Origin: Polyangiaceae bacterium
GTDB lineage: Bacteria > Myxococcota_A > Polyangia > Polyangiales > Polyangiaceae
Length of the DNA: 64,000 nucleotides
Assembly: GCA_035063585.1 (NCBI GenBank)
Contig: JAPSGB010000001.1
Span: forward strand, 1-64,000
Reading direction: 5' to 3'
Positions 48,657-58,109 of this stretch are shown piece by piece. The notes beneath the pieces are model-generated. The model saw only the letters and a list, made by a program, of their open reading frames with translations, was not told the origin of the DNA and ran no database searches. Position 1 is the stretch's first letter. Every line of letters begins with the position of its first letter. A program made the position numbers and the translations under genes.

Positions 48657-50045
48657 GTGCCGTGCGCGTGGCTCGCTCGACTCACGGTCGCCCTCGCGGC
48701 GGCCTCGGCGTTTGGCTGCGGGAGCGGCACGCCGCCCACCGCGGCCCCGGGAGAGCTCTGCGGCGCGCGGCTCCGGCCAGCACGGCTCAGCTTCGACGCC
48801 GCGCCGGAGATCGAGACGCCCGAGTCACGCCTCGCGGTGGACATTCGGGTGAGCACCACGCGACTCGCGCGCGAGCTCGGCGCGCGCGTGCCGCGAGTGC
48901 TCGCGCACGCCGAGCGCGTGCCCGTCGGCACGCCCGGCGAGGCAAGCTACCGGGTCGCGCGCGGAGACTTCGCGGTGACGCTGTCAGGCGAACGGCTGGT
49001 CGTCGCGACGCCCGTGAGCGTGAGCATCGCGGTGTGCAAGCCGCTCGGACCCATCTGCCCAAGCTACGGCCGGTGCAGCGCCGAGCTCGCCGCTCGCGCG
49101 AGCGTGCCCTTGGTCCTCGACGCGCGTTACGAGCTCGGCGCGAGCCGCGTCGAGCTCGCGACCACGCGCGGCTGCGTGCTCTCACCCATCGGGCTCGACG
49201 TGACTCCGGAGCTCGAGCGCACCGCGCGCCAGCAGGTGGCCGAGTCGAAGCGACGAATCGACGACTCGCTGCCCTCCTTGGGGCCCGCGATCCGCGCCGG
49301 CTGGCAGCTCGTGCAGACGCCGGTCGGGCTCGGTAACACACCATGCGCGCGCATCTCGCCCGAGCGGCTCGCCCAGCAGCGACCGTCACTCGAGAGCGGC
49401 ACGCTCGTCACGCGGCTCGCGGTGTTCGGCCACGTCGGCGTGGAAGATCCCTGCCCGCCGCCCGACGCGCACCCGCGCGAGCGCGCGCTCCCAGCGCCGG
49501 AGCTGCGCGACGACGTGCCGGCCGGACTCGCGCTCGAGGTCCCGGTGCGGCTCGACTGGGGCGACGTCTCGGCCGCGCTCACCCGCTCGCTCGCGGCGGC
49601 GACCCGCGCTGGAGACGCCACCCGGATCGTGCGCGCGGAGGCGCGCGGCGCGCGGCTCGCCGGAACGTCCGTGGTCGCGCTCGCGCTCACGGTCGAAGGA
49701 GACGTGTGCGGCGAGGCGTGGGTCACCGCGGAGCCGTGGTACGACGCGGCGCGCGCCCGAGTGCGGCTCCGCCGCGTGGCCCTCGCGCCGAGCCAGCCAG
49801 AAGCCAGCGCCCTCGAGCTGCCCGCGCGCGTCGAGGAGAGCGCCGAGATCGCGCTGCCGGTAGAGCTCGGCGCGGCGCCGGCCGCGCTCGAGGGCCTGGT
49901 GAAGATGCTGATCAGCGGGGCCCCGGAGAGCGTCGCGGTCGACTTCCAGGTCGAGCCGCCGCGGGTCGGGCGGGTGCTGGTCGCTCCGCAAGCGCTCGTG
50001 CCGCTCGCGAGCCTGCGCGGACGCGCGGTGGTCGCCGTGAAATGA
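48657..50045 (+). CDS. DUF4403-like lipoprotein
   Basis: Lipobox AFGC; S...V.I.V, Y.V.RG, W...Q.P patterns; start uncertain. Confidence 0.55.
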   Translation: MPCAWLARLTVALAAASAFGCGSGTPPTAAPGELCGARLRPARLSFDAAPEIETPESRLAVDIRVSTTRLARELGARVPRVLAHAERVPVGTPGEASYRVARGDFAVTLSGERLVVATPVSVSIAVCKPLGPICPSYGRCSAELAARASVPLVLDARYELGASRVELATTRGCVLSPIGLDVTPELERTARQQVAESKRRIDDSLPSLGPAIRAGWQLVQTPVGLGNTPCARISPERLAQQRPSLESGTLVTRLAVFGHVGVEDPCPPPDAHPRERALPAPELRDDVPAGLALEVPVRLDWGDVSAALTRSLAAATRAGDATRIVRAEARGARLAGTSVVALALTVEGDVCGEAWVTAEPWYDAARARVRLRRVALAPSQPEASALELPARVEESAEIALPVELGAAPAALEGLVKMLISGAPESVAVDFQVEPPRVGRVLVAPQALVPLASLRGRAVVAVK

Positions 50046-50101
50046 GTGCCGGCGGGGCGCAGGGGACAGCGCCCCGCGCCGCCCTGCGATAGGCTCGAGC
50101 G

Positions 50102-51214
50102 ATGATCATCGTGATGAAGCCGGACCTCATCGAAGGCTCGGCCGAGCTCGCGCGCGTGGTCGCTCTCGCCGAGAGCTTCCCTGGGCTCCGCGCGCGTGTG
50201 CACGTCATCCGCGGCGAGGCGCACGCGATCACCGAGGTGCACCTGCACGGCTCGACCGCGTCGGTGCCCGAGGCACCCTTCGAGGAGCTCGATGGCGTCG
50301 AGAAGGTGGTGCGCGTCACCGAGAAATTTCGCGCCATCGGTCGCCACGGCGGAAAGCTCGACGCGGTCGGCTTCGAGTATAACGGCGTTCGTCTCTCGCA
50401 AGACACCCTGCACGTCTTCCCCGGGCTCTGCGCCGTCGACACCCGCGAGCACGTCGAGCGCATGTTCGCCGCGCTCCGCGAACACGGCGTCGTGACCACG
50501 CGCGCCGGCGCCTACAAGCCGCGCACGAGCCCCTATGATTTCCAAGGGCTCGGCGCCGCGTGCCTCCCCTGGGTGTTCGAGCTGGCCGGAAAATACGGGA
50601 TCCGGCTGGTCGCGATGGAGGTCACCCACGAGTCGCACATCGACGAGATCCAGACCGCCCTCCGCGAGTCGGGCGACGCGACCGGCGTGATGCTCCAGAT
50701 CGGCACCCGCAACGCGCAGAACTTCGAGCTCCTGAAGGCGGTCGGCTCGCAGCGTGAGCTGCCGGTGCTCTTCAAGCGCGGCATGGGCATCACCCTCGAG
50801 GAGTCGTTGAACGCGTGCGAGTACGTGGCCTCGCGCGGCAATCACCGCATCGTATTTGGGCTCCGCGGCATGAAGACGAACCTCGGCGATCCGCACCGCA
50901 ACCTGGTCGACTTCGCCCACGTGCCAGTCGTAAAGCGGCTCACCCGCCTCCCGGTCGGCGTCGATCCGTCACACTCGGTGGGCCGCCGCGCGGTCGCGCC
51001 GGACGGCCTGCTCGACAGCTTCCACGTCACCGCTCAAGCGGTCGTCGCCGGCGCGAACCTGGTGCTGGTCGATTTCCACCCGAACCCCAAAGAGGCGCTC
51101 TGCGACGGACCGCAAGCGCTCTTGCTCGACGAGCTCCCCCATTTCCTCGCGGACGTCGCCATCGCCCGCCGGGCCTACGAAGAGCGCCGCCGGCTCCGCG
51201 ACGCGCAGGCGTGA
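50102..51214 (+). CDS. aroF: DAHP synthase, class I-beta, with N-terminal regulatory domain
   Basis: GLCAVD, RAGAYKPRTSPYDFQGLG, QIGTRNAQNF, FKRG, VDPSH, HP.P..ALCDG.Q. Confidence 0.88.
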   Translation: MIIVMKPDLIEGSAELARVVALAESFPGLRARVHVIRGEAHAITEVHLHGSTASVPEAPFEELDGVEKVVRVTEKFRAIGRHGGKLDAVGFEYNGVRLSQDTLHVFPGLCAVDTREHVERMFAALREHGVVTTRAGAYKPRTSPYDFQGLGAACLPWVFELAGKYGIRLVAMEVTHESHIDEIQTALRESGDATGVMLQIGTRNAQNFELLKAVGSQRELPVLFKRGMGITLEESLNACEYVASRGNHRIVFGLRGMKTNLGDPHRNLVDFAHVPVVKRLTRLPVGVDPSHSVGRRAVAPDGLLDSFHVTAQAVVAGANLVLVDFHPNPKEALCDGPQALLLDELPHFLADVAIARRAYEERRRLRDAQA

Positions 51215-51339
51215 CGCGACCTCGAGGGGGGCCCGCCTTTCGGGGGGGTGCCGTTCCGGCGCGGAACCCCGCGGGGCCGGGTCGCGCGAGGTCGGGTTTC
51301 GGTGGCTCGCGCGCGCGGCCGCGCTATCTTCCGGACGAC

Positions 51340-52350
51340 GTGACCGACGGACCGCTCGATCGGCGCGGACGCACGCTCCGCGATCTGCGCATCAGCGTGA
51401 CGGATCGCTGCAATTTCCGCTGCCGCTACTGCATGCCGCGGGAGCACTTCGGGCCGGGCTTCGAGTTCCTGTCACGCCGCGCCATCCTCCGCTTCGAGGA
51501 GATCGCGCGGGTGGCGCGCGTCGCCGCCGGCGAGGGCGTGAAGAAGCTCCGGCTCACCGGCGGTGAGCCGCTGCTCCGGGCCGAGCTGCCGCGGCTCGTC
51601 GAGCTGCTCGCCGCGATCGAAGGCGTCGAGGTCGCGGTCACCACCAACGGCTCGCTCCTCGCGCGCCACGCGGAGGCGCTTCGGGCGGCGGGGCTCGCCC
51701 GCGTCACGGTGAGCCTCGACAGCCTGGACGACACCACCTTCCGCAAGCTGAGCGACTCGAGCTTCGGCGTGAGCGACGTGCTCGACGGCATCGCGGCGGC
51801 CGAGCGCGCGGGCTTCGCTCCCATCAAGATCAACGCGGTGGTGCGCCGTGGGCTGAACGACGCGGGGGTCGTCGAGCTCGCGCGGCGCTTCAAGGGCACC
51901 GGGCACATCGTGCGCTTCATCGAGTTCATGGACACCGGGATGACCAACGGCTGGGAGCTCGGCGAGGTGGTGCCGAGCCGCGAGCTCATCGAGCGCATCG
52001 ACCGGGTGTTCCCCATCGAGCCGGTGAGCGAGGCCTATCGCGGCGAGGTTGCGAAGCGCTGGCGCTACCGCGACGGGAGCGGCGAGCTCGGCATCATCGC
52101 CAGCGTGACGCAGCCCTTCTGCGGTGACTGCACGCGCGCGCGCCTGAGCGCGGATGGCAAGCTCTACACCTGCCTGTTCGCGAAGACCGGCACCGATCTC
52201 CGCGACGTGCTCCGCGGGGGCGTGAGCGACGACTCGCTCCGCGGTCTCCTCCGCGAGGTGTGGCTCGCTCGCGACGACCACTACTCGGAGCTCCGCTCGA
52301 GCCAGACGCGCGGGCTCGCTCGCATCGAGATGAGCTACATCGGCGGCTGA
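51340..52350 (+). CDS. moaA: GTP 3',8-cyclase
   Basis: LRISVTDRCNFRCRYCMP, LTGGEPL, FCGDCTRARLSADG.LYTCLF, terminal MSYIGG. Confidence 0.96.
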   Translation: MTDGPLDRRGRTLRDLRISVTDRCNFRCRYCMPREHFGPGFEFLSRRAILRFEEIARVARVAAGEGVKKLRLTGGEPLLRAELPRLVELLAAIEGVEVAVTTNGSLLARHAEALRAAGLARVTVSLDSLDDTTFRKLSDSSFGVSDVLDGIAAAERAGFAPIKINAVVRRGLNDAGVVELARRFKGTGHIVRFIEFMDTGMTNGWELGEVVPSRELIERIDRVFPIEPVSEAYRGEVAKRWRYRDGSGELGIIASVTQPFCGDCTRARLSADGKLYTCLFAKTGTDLRDVLRGGVSDDSLRGLLREVWLARDDHYSELRSSQTRGLARIEMSYIGG

Positions 52351-52367
52351 GCGCCGCGCGGAAGGCC

Positions 52368-52940
52368 TCAGCGCGAGCGAAGCCAGCGGTCGGTGCCAGC
52401 GACCTCGTCGATGCGGTGACCGAACGCCTCCAGCACCGGGGGCGCGCAGGTCTCGCCGGGTTCGAAGCGATGCGTGCGCAGCTTGCCCGCCACCCGCAAG
52501 GTGAGGGTCGCGAGCGGCAGATCCACGTACTTGGGCTTCCCGCAGTCTTCATCCCAGGTGAGCTCGAGGAGCTTCGCGCGCGTGAGCTCGTCGAGCAACG
52601 CCGCGGCCGCCGCCGGTGCGATGCGCGCGCGGGTCGCGCCGAGCGGTGAGTAGGCCCGACCGTCGAAGAGCACCGAGCCATCGCGATGGATCGTCACCGC
52701 GTAGACGGGGCAGGAGCCCAGGCATGCGCCGCGCTCGAGGCGCACCTGATCGCCGGACTCCGAGGGCACCGGCGCGGGTTCGCCCTCCTGCGACGGAGGC
52801 GACACGCCCACCCGCGCCGCGGACGGCGCGGGCGCGATGCTCACCGCGGGCGGCGCGCCGCGCGAGGGCGCCGCGGGCCCGCGACTGCACGCGCCCGCGA
52901 GCGCGAGGACGACCACCGAGCTTCCGCGCCGGACCGACAT
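52368..52940 (-). CDS. DUF6438-like lipoprotein
   Basis: Lipobox AGAC; LERGACLGSCPVYAVTIHRDGSV.F.G. Confidence 0.75.
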   Translation of the reverse strand: MSVRRGSSVVVLALAGACSRGPAAPSRGAPPAVSIAPAPSAARVGVSPPSQEGEPAPVPSESGDQVRLERGACLGSCPVYAVTIHRDGSVLFDGRAYSPLGATRARIAPAAAAALLDELTRAKLLELTWDEDCGKPKYVDLPLATLTLRVAGKLRTHRFEPGETCAPPVLEAFGHRIDEVAGTDRWLRSR

Positions 52941-52986
52941 CCCCCGAAGCTTGACCCGGAGGCGGCGAGCGCGCTCGCGCGCCGGG

Positions 52987-54651
52987 CTAAGGATGCGACT
53001 CCGGGCGCGGGCGCTCGTACAGCCAGACGACCGGGACACCGTCATACGCGCCCACGGCGAGCGGCCGCACGGTGCCGTAGTCGACCCAGATTTGATAGTC
53101 GACGCGGCCCATGTGGGGCTCATGGTGATAGAGCGCAAAATCGGAGGCTGCGATGTCCAGCGTCCCTCGCAGATCACGGCGGAGCTGCCCGTCGCGCTGC
53201 ATCACGAAGAAGCTCTGGAGCGCGGTGTCGTGGACGTACACGACGGCGCCCGGCGGCGCGTCGCGATTGAGCGTGCTCGCCAGGCTGCCGGTCGTGTAGC
53301 CCCAGAAGGTGCGGTTCAGACCGAGTGACGCGGCGCCCGGAGCGCCGCCGACGAGCGGCGTGTACGCGGAGAGCCCCCACGGGTGCGAATGGAGCGTGAT
53401 GACCACGGGCGAGGCGAGCACGCTGGCGGCGAGCGCCGGGGTCACCAGCGCTCGGCGGCGGCCGGCGAGCTCGCCGAGTCTCTCGCGCGCGAGCTCGAAG
53501 CCGCGCGCGGCAAAGAGGCAGAGAAACGGGTAGGCCGTGAGCCAGTGCTTGGTGCCGCCGAAGATGGGCGTCCCGGTGCTCAGCCACGGGGCGTAGGCGC
53601 CGAGCAGCCCGACCAGCCAGAGCGCGTCGGTCGGCAAGCGCGCGGCGTCGTCGCGCGCCGGCTCGAGACGCTCGCGGAGCGCGCGGCGCGCATGAAATAG
53701 GCTCGCGACCAAGCCCACCGCGAAGAGCAGGAGCGTGATGCCCGGCACCGTGCCGAGCGTCATGAGCCACGCGTAGCCTCGCGGCATGGGCGGCTTCCAG
53801 TACGTCCGCCCGAGAAACTCCATGTTGTAATATTCGTGGCCGAGGTGAAACGCGACGTACTCGGCGAGGCGCTTGCCGGTGTCGTGCCAGATCCAGGGCC
53901 AGCCCGCGTAGAAGACGAGCGGGCCGATGGTAGCCATCGCGACGAGCGCCTTCGGGACCGCGACGCGCCCCGCGCGGAGCTCACGCAGGAAGAGCCGCCC
54001 GCGCGTGGCGACCAGGTGCAGGACGAGCGCGATGGGGAGCAGCCACGAGTTGTGCTTGGTGTCGAGGAGGAGCCCGTACGCGACGCCGGTCGCGATGGCC
54101 CAGCGCCAACCACCGCTCGCGAGCGAGCGCCAATAGAGGTACGTGGTGACCAGCCACAGCGCCGCGACCGGCATGTCGAAGCACTCGAGGTGCGCGTTAT
54201 AGAAGGTGCGCGGCATGAAGGCGAGCAAGAGCGCCGCAACCAGCCCGGCGACGCGCCCGACGGCGCGGCGACCCCAGAGATAGGTGAAGCTGAGCGCGAG
54301 CGAGCTCACCGCCATGCCTGCGAACCGCATGCTCGTCCCCTCCGCTCGAAACCAGTGGAGCTTCTCGTAGAGGAAGCGGTGCGAGAGCGCGAAGAGCGAC
54401 TTCATCAGCGCCGGGTGCTCGTGGTTCACAGACCAGTAGCGATCGATGGTCGCGCGCCGAAGCGCCTCGGAGGGGTTCTCCGCGAGCACGCGGAACCACG
54501 CCTCGTAGCTCCGCGCGGCGTCGAAATAGAACCCCTCGTCGCGCGCGTAGCCGAGGTGCCGGGAGGTCGCGAGCAGGAGCGCGACGTAGCCCGCCCAGAG
54601 GGCGAGCGCGAGCAGCGGATCGGCGTACCTCTCCCAGCGGGTCGGCTTCAT
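52987..54651 (-). CDS. Glycosyltransferase family 39 (ArnT/PMT-like)
   Basis: ARDEGFYF, NHEHPALMK, FDMP, TKHN; many TM helices. Confidence 0.8.
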   Translation of the reverse strand: MKPTRWERYADPLLALALWAGYVALLLATSRHLGYARDEGFYFDAARSYEAWFRVLAENPSEALRRATIDRYWSVNHEHPALMKSLFALSHRFLYEKLHWFRAEGTSMRFAGMAVSSLALSFTYLWGRRAVGRVAGLVAALLLAFMPRTFYNAHLECFDMPVAALWLVTTYLYWRSLASGGWRWAIATGVAYGLLLDTKHNSWLLPIALVLHLVATRGRLFLRELRAGRVAVPKALVAMATIGPLVFYAGWPWIWHDTGKRLAEYVAFHLGHEYYNMEFLGRTYWKPPMPRGYAWLMTLGTVPGITLLLFAVGLVASLFHARRALRERLEPARDDAARLPTDALWLVGLLGAYAPWLSTGTPIFGGTKHWLTAYPFLCLFAARGFELARERLGELAGRRRALVTPALAASVLASPVVITLHSHPWGLSAYTPLVGGAPGAASLGLNRTFWGYTTGSLASTLNRDAPPGAVVYVHDTALQSFFVMQRDGQLRRDLRGTLDIAASDFALYHHEPHMGRVDYQIWVDYGTVRPLAVGAYDGVPVVWLYERPRPESHP

Positions 54652-55556
54652 CGGCTATCCGCGTAAAAGCAGAGCTGACGCTCGCCGCTCCCGGTCGCGC
54701 GGAGCTCGAACTCGACGTCTTCACGCTCTCCCGCGTGCGCGCCGGCGGAGAACTCGAAGCGCTTCCAGCCGTCGGCGGGCTGGTGGACGGCGCGGCCGAG
54801 CGCGTCGCCGCCGACGCGCACGACCAGCTCGACGGGCGCCGAGCGCCCATCACGGTAGAGAAACCAGGAATTTCCCGTGTAGCCGTAGATTTTTTCGCCG
54901 AGCGGCACGTCGCGATAGCGGAGCCGGAGCGGCTCACCAGCCGAGGGCGTGGCCCACATGCAGCGACGCGGCCGGTACTCCTCGTCGTCAATCACGGTGA
55001 CGCCGGCGTAGACGCCCGGGAACCCGGGGCACTCGTGACGGACCGAGGGGACCGTGGCCGGGCCGAAGAGGCCGCCGGTCCGCGGGCGCCCGCTTTCGGT
55101 GTACGCGCACTCGCGCTCCCCGAGCGCGACCGTGAGCTGGTCCGGAGCGACGTGGTCCAAGAACCGGTAGCGCACCCGCGCCGGGGCCGGATTCTCGAGC
55201 ACGCGCAGCGCAAAGCGACCCGCCCGCGTCTCGGAGACCGTCCGCCAGCCATCGAGCGCGGGCGCGTGGCTCCCGAGGATGCCGACCTCGACGGCGCGCG
55301 CGAACGCGCTCTCGTCGGGGCGCGCGACCGCGGCGAGCGGCATCATCGCGTCGCCGAAGGAGCGTCGCGCGAGCGGGTCGGCCCAGTCGGGGGCAGCGAC
55401 GATGAGGTCGCCGGGCTTCGCGACCGCGGCGAGCGCGCCGCGCAGCTTCGACCAATCGTCCCCGGTCGGGGCGCGCATCGAAAAGAAGAAGTGGGACGTG
55501 AGCTCGAGCAGGCCGGCGAGCGGGACGAGGGCGAAGAGCAGGCGGGCCGAGGCCAT
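54648..55556 (-). CDS. Membrane-anchored exported protein, coupled to GT39 gene
   Basis: N-terminal hydrophobic anchor; RRCMWATP; stop codon abuts or overlaps the GT39 start. Confidence 0.6.
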   Translation of the reverse strand: MASARLLFALVPLAGLLELTSHFFFSMRAPTGDDWSKLRGALAAVAKPGDLIVAAPDWADPLARRSFGDAMMPLAAVARPDESAFARAVEVGILGSHAPALDGWRTVSETRAGRFALRVLENPAPARVRYRFLDHVAPDQLTVALGERECAYTESGRPRTGGLFGPATVPSVRHECPGFPGVYAGVTVIDDEEYRPRRCMWATPSAGEPLRLRYRDVPLGEKIYGYTGNSWFLYRDGRSAPVELVVRVGGDALGRAVHQPADGWKRFEFSAGAHAGEREDVEFELRATGSGERQLCFYADSR

Positions 55557-55604
55557 GGCCGGCGGAGCCTGCCACAACCCCGCGTGAGGTATAAGGCGCG
55601 ATAG

Positions 55605-57212
55605 ATGAGAGGCCGCGCGCGCGCCGTAATCGTCCGGGCGCTCCGCCGAGCGCGGGCGAAGCCGCTCGAGGTGCTGGTCGGCGTCCTGAGCGTGAGCATC
55701 TGCGGGTACGTCATCGCGTACCCGCTCACGCTCGTCACCTACCCGCCGCTCATCGATCTGCCGTTCCACGCAGCCCAGACCTCGATCCTTCGCCACTACC
55801 TCGATCCGAGCTGGCATTTCCGCGAGCAGTTCTCGCTGCACCCGCTCGAGGTGCCGTACATCACGACCTACGGTGTGGGCGCGCTCCTCGCGCTCGTCAT
55901 GCCCTTCACCTGGGCGATGAAGTGCGCGGTCGCAGGGACCGTGCTCGCGCTCCCCGCCGGGCTCGCGGTGCTCTTCCACGGGCTCAAGAAGAGCGCGCTC
56001 TGGGGCGCGCTCCTCGGCCTGGGGCTCGCGTGGAACCAGCTCGTGTGGTGGGGATTTCTGAACTACCTCGGCGCGCTCGGGCTCTACGCGGCGAGCGTGG
56101 GCCTGGCGCTCCGCCTGGTGGATGCGCCCTCGCGTCGTCGCGCGCGGTGGCTCGGCGCGATGCTGGTCGCGGTATTTTTCACGCACGTCTATCGCTTGCC
56201 GTTCGCCATCCTCGCCGTGCTCGCCGCGGGCGCGGTGATGTACCCGGCGACCCGGCGGATGAGGCCGCTCTTCTTGCCGATGGTGCCGTCGCTGGCGCTC
56301 TTCGGCGCCTGGCTCTTGGTTCGACCGAGCACGCTCTCGGGTAAGCTCGAGCTCGGGCTCCACCCCGAGCGCCTGCGCGACGCGGGGCGGATGCTGTTCG
56401 GGGTCTTCCTCCCCCAGACCGCGACCGGCCGGGAAGAGCTCCGCATCACGCTCTTCATGGGCCTCGCGCTCGCGGCGTGGTGGCTGGTGGGCGCGCTCAT
56501 CGCGGCGCGCGCGGCGCCGCGCGGAGCCGCCGACGACGAGCGCGCCTGGCGGCGCGGCGCGCTCGCGCTGCCGCTGCTACTCGCCACCGGACACCTGGTC
56601 GCGTTCCTCGTGCTCCCGATGAGCATCGGCACCTGGTGGTACGTGTTCCCGCGCGAGCTCGTGGCCGCGCTCTACCTATTGCTCGCGGCGGCGCCGGACT
56701 GGCCGAGGGGGGTTTGGGGTCGGCTCGGCGCGGTATCCCTGGTGGCGGTCGCCACCGGGAGGATGGCGCTCTTCACGGCAGAGCAGTTTCTCCGCTTCGA
56801 GGATCTCACTCGCGATTTTCGCGAGGTGGTCGCGCTGGTGCCGCGCGCGCCGAGGCTCTTCTACTTGGTGTTCGAGCACCGCGGCACGGACCGCGCGCGC
56901 TCACCCTTCACCCACCTGCCCGCCTGGGTGCAGGCCGAGCGCGGCGGCTGGCTCGATTTCCACTTCGGGAGTTGGGACCTCTACCCGGTCCAGTATCGGA
57001 AGGACGGGGTGGTGCCGCCGCCCTTGCCGATGTCGTGGGAGTTCACGCCGCAGTACTTCGACGTCCGAAAGCAGGGCGCGTGGTTCGACACGTTCCTGGT
57101 GCGGCACAGCATCGATCCGGCCCCGCTGTTCCGCGCCGATCCGACCATCCACCTCGTCGCTCGGCGAGGCACCTGGTGGCTCTACCGGCGCGACCCGCCC
57201 GCGTCGCGATGA
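55605..57212 (+). CDS. Polytopic membrane protein, GT-C-like
   Basis: YPPLIDLPFHAAQ, PYITTY, WGFLNY, FFTH, FPRE; about 12 TM segments. Confidence 0.6.
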   Translation: MRGRARAVIVRALRRARAKPLEVLVGVLSVSICGYVIAYPLTLVTYPPLIDLPFHAAQTSILRHYLDPSWHFREQFSLHPLEVPYITTYGVGALLALVMPFTWAMKCAVAGTVLALPAGLAVLFHGLKKSALWGALLGLGLAWNQLVWWGFLNYLGALGLYAASVGLALRLVDAPSRRRARWLGAMLVAVFFTHVYRLPFAILAVLAAGAVMYPATRRMRPLFLPMVPSLALFGAWLLVRPSTLSGKLELGLHPERLRDAGRMLFGVFLPQTATGREELRITLFMGLALAAWWLVGALIAARAAPRGAADDERAWRRGALALPLLLATGHLVAFLVLPMSIGTWWYVFPRELVAALYLLLAAAPDWPRGVWGRLGAVSLVAVATGRMALFTAEQFLRFEDLTRDFREVVALVPRAPRLFYLVFEHRGTDRARSPFTHLPAWVQAERGGWLDFHFGSWDLYPVQYRKDGVVPPPLPMSWEFTPQYFDVRKQGAWFDTFLVRHSIDPAPLFRADPTIHLVARRGTWWLYRRDPPASR

Positions 57213-57322
57213 CCGGCGGTGAAGCGCGCCAGAGCCGGCAATCCCGGAAGCGTGAATTTCGGATTTGAAATGAGCGGTCGAGACGGTGCGGGGTAAGCCC
57301 GCGAGATCCGCCCACGAAGCGC

Positions 57323-57338
57323 TGGCACGGCCGATGCA
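57323..57338 (+). promoter_or_regulatory. Sigma54 -24/-12 promoter
   Basis: TGGCACGGCCGATGCA with exact GG-N10-GC spacing; AT-rich tract at 57252-57272 upstream. Confidence 0.75.
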
Positions 57339-57348
57339 TTTACAGCGA

Positions 57349-57454
57349 GCGGTGGTAGCGCGCGGCGGTCCAAGGATCGCCCCACTACTGCCGGTAACTT
57401 CGCACAGCGGCTGACGACGCCTCCCCCCTCCGTCTCAGCCGCTGTGTTTTTTTT
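57349..57454 (+). ncRNA. Putative sigma54-dependent small RNA (Pxr-like architecture)
   Basis: Promoter, long 5' hairpin 57350-57393, terminator hairpin 57403-57446 with C-rich loop, U8 tail; no ORF inside. Confidence 0.7.
57403..57454 (+). terminator. Intrinsic terminator
   Basis: CACAGCGGCTGA / TCAGCCGCTGTG 12-bp perfect stem plus GACG/CGTC, followed by TTTTTTTT. Confidence 0.88.
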
Positions 57455-57512
57455 GTGAGCGGGAGGCCCGGGCGCGGTCTGGAGACGGGTGGTGCTACGG
57501 TCGCGCGGCGCC

Positions 57513-58109
57513 ATGAGCTACGCCGAGAAGTACGTCGCCGACGCGGTCCGCATCCTCCACGCCCTCGACCTCGCGCCCATCGAGCGGATGGTCGGTCTGC
57601 TCGGCGAGCTGCGCGCTCGCGGCGGGCGGCTGTTCGTGCTCGGCGTGGGAGGCAGCGCGGGCAACGCCTCGCACGCGGTGAATGATTTCCGAAAGATCTG
57701 CGACATCGAGGCCTACGCGCCGACCGACAACGTGAGCGAGCTCACCGCGCGCGTGAACGACGACGGCTGGGACACCTCGTTCAGCGCCTGGCTCACGACC
57801 AGCCGGCTCTCCGAGCGAGACGCGGTGCTCGTGTTCTCGGTGGGCGGCGGGAGCCTCGAGAAGAACGTCAGCCCAAACCTGGTGCGCGCGCTCGAGCGGG
57901 CCAAGCAGGTGGGCGCGACGGTGCTCGGGGTGGTCGGGCGCGACGGCGGCTACACGGCGCGAGTCGCCGACGCCTGCGTGGTGGTCCCGACCGTGGACCC
58001 CGCGGGTGTCACGCCGCACACCGAGGCGTTCCAGGCCGTGATCTGGCACCTCGTCGTGTCCCACCCCGCGCTGCAGGCGCACGCGATGAAGTGGGAGAGC
58101 GTGAAGTGA
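57513..58109 (+). CDS. SIS-domain phosphosugar isomerase (GmhA-like)
   Basis: GVGGSAGNASHAVNDFRK, TARVNDDGW, FSVGGG, SPNLV.A, PHTEAFQ. Confidence 0.85.
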   Translation: MSYAEKYVADAVRILHALDLAPIERMVGLLGELRARGGRLFVLGVGGSAGNASHAVNDFRKICDIEAYAPTDNVSELTARVNDDGWDTSFSAWLTTSRLSERDAVLVFSVGGGSLEKNVSPNLVRALERAKQVGATVLGVVGRDGGYTARVADACVVVPTVDPAGVTPHTEAFQAVIWHLVVSHPALQAHAMKWESVK

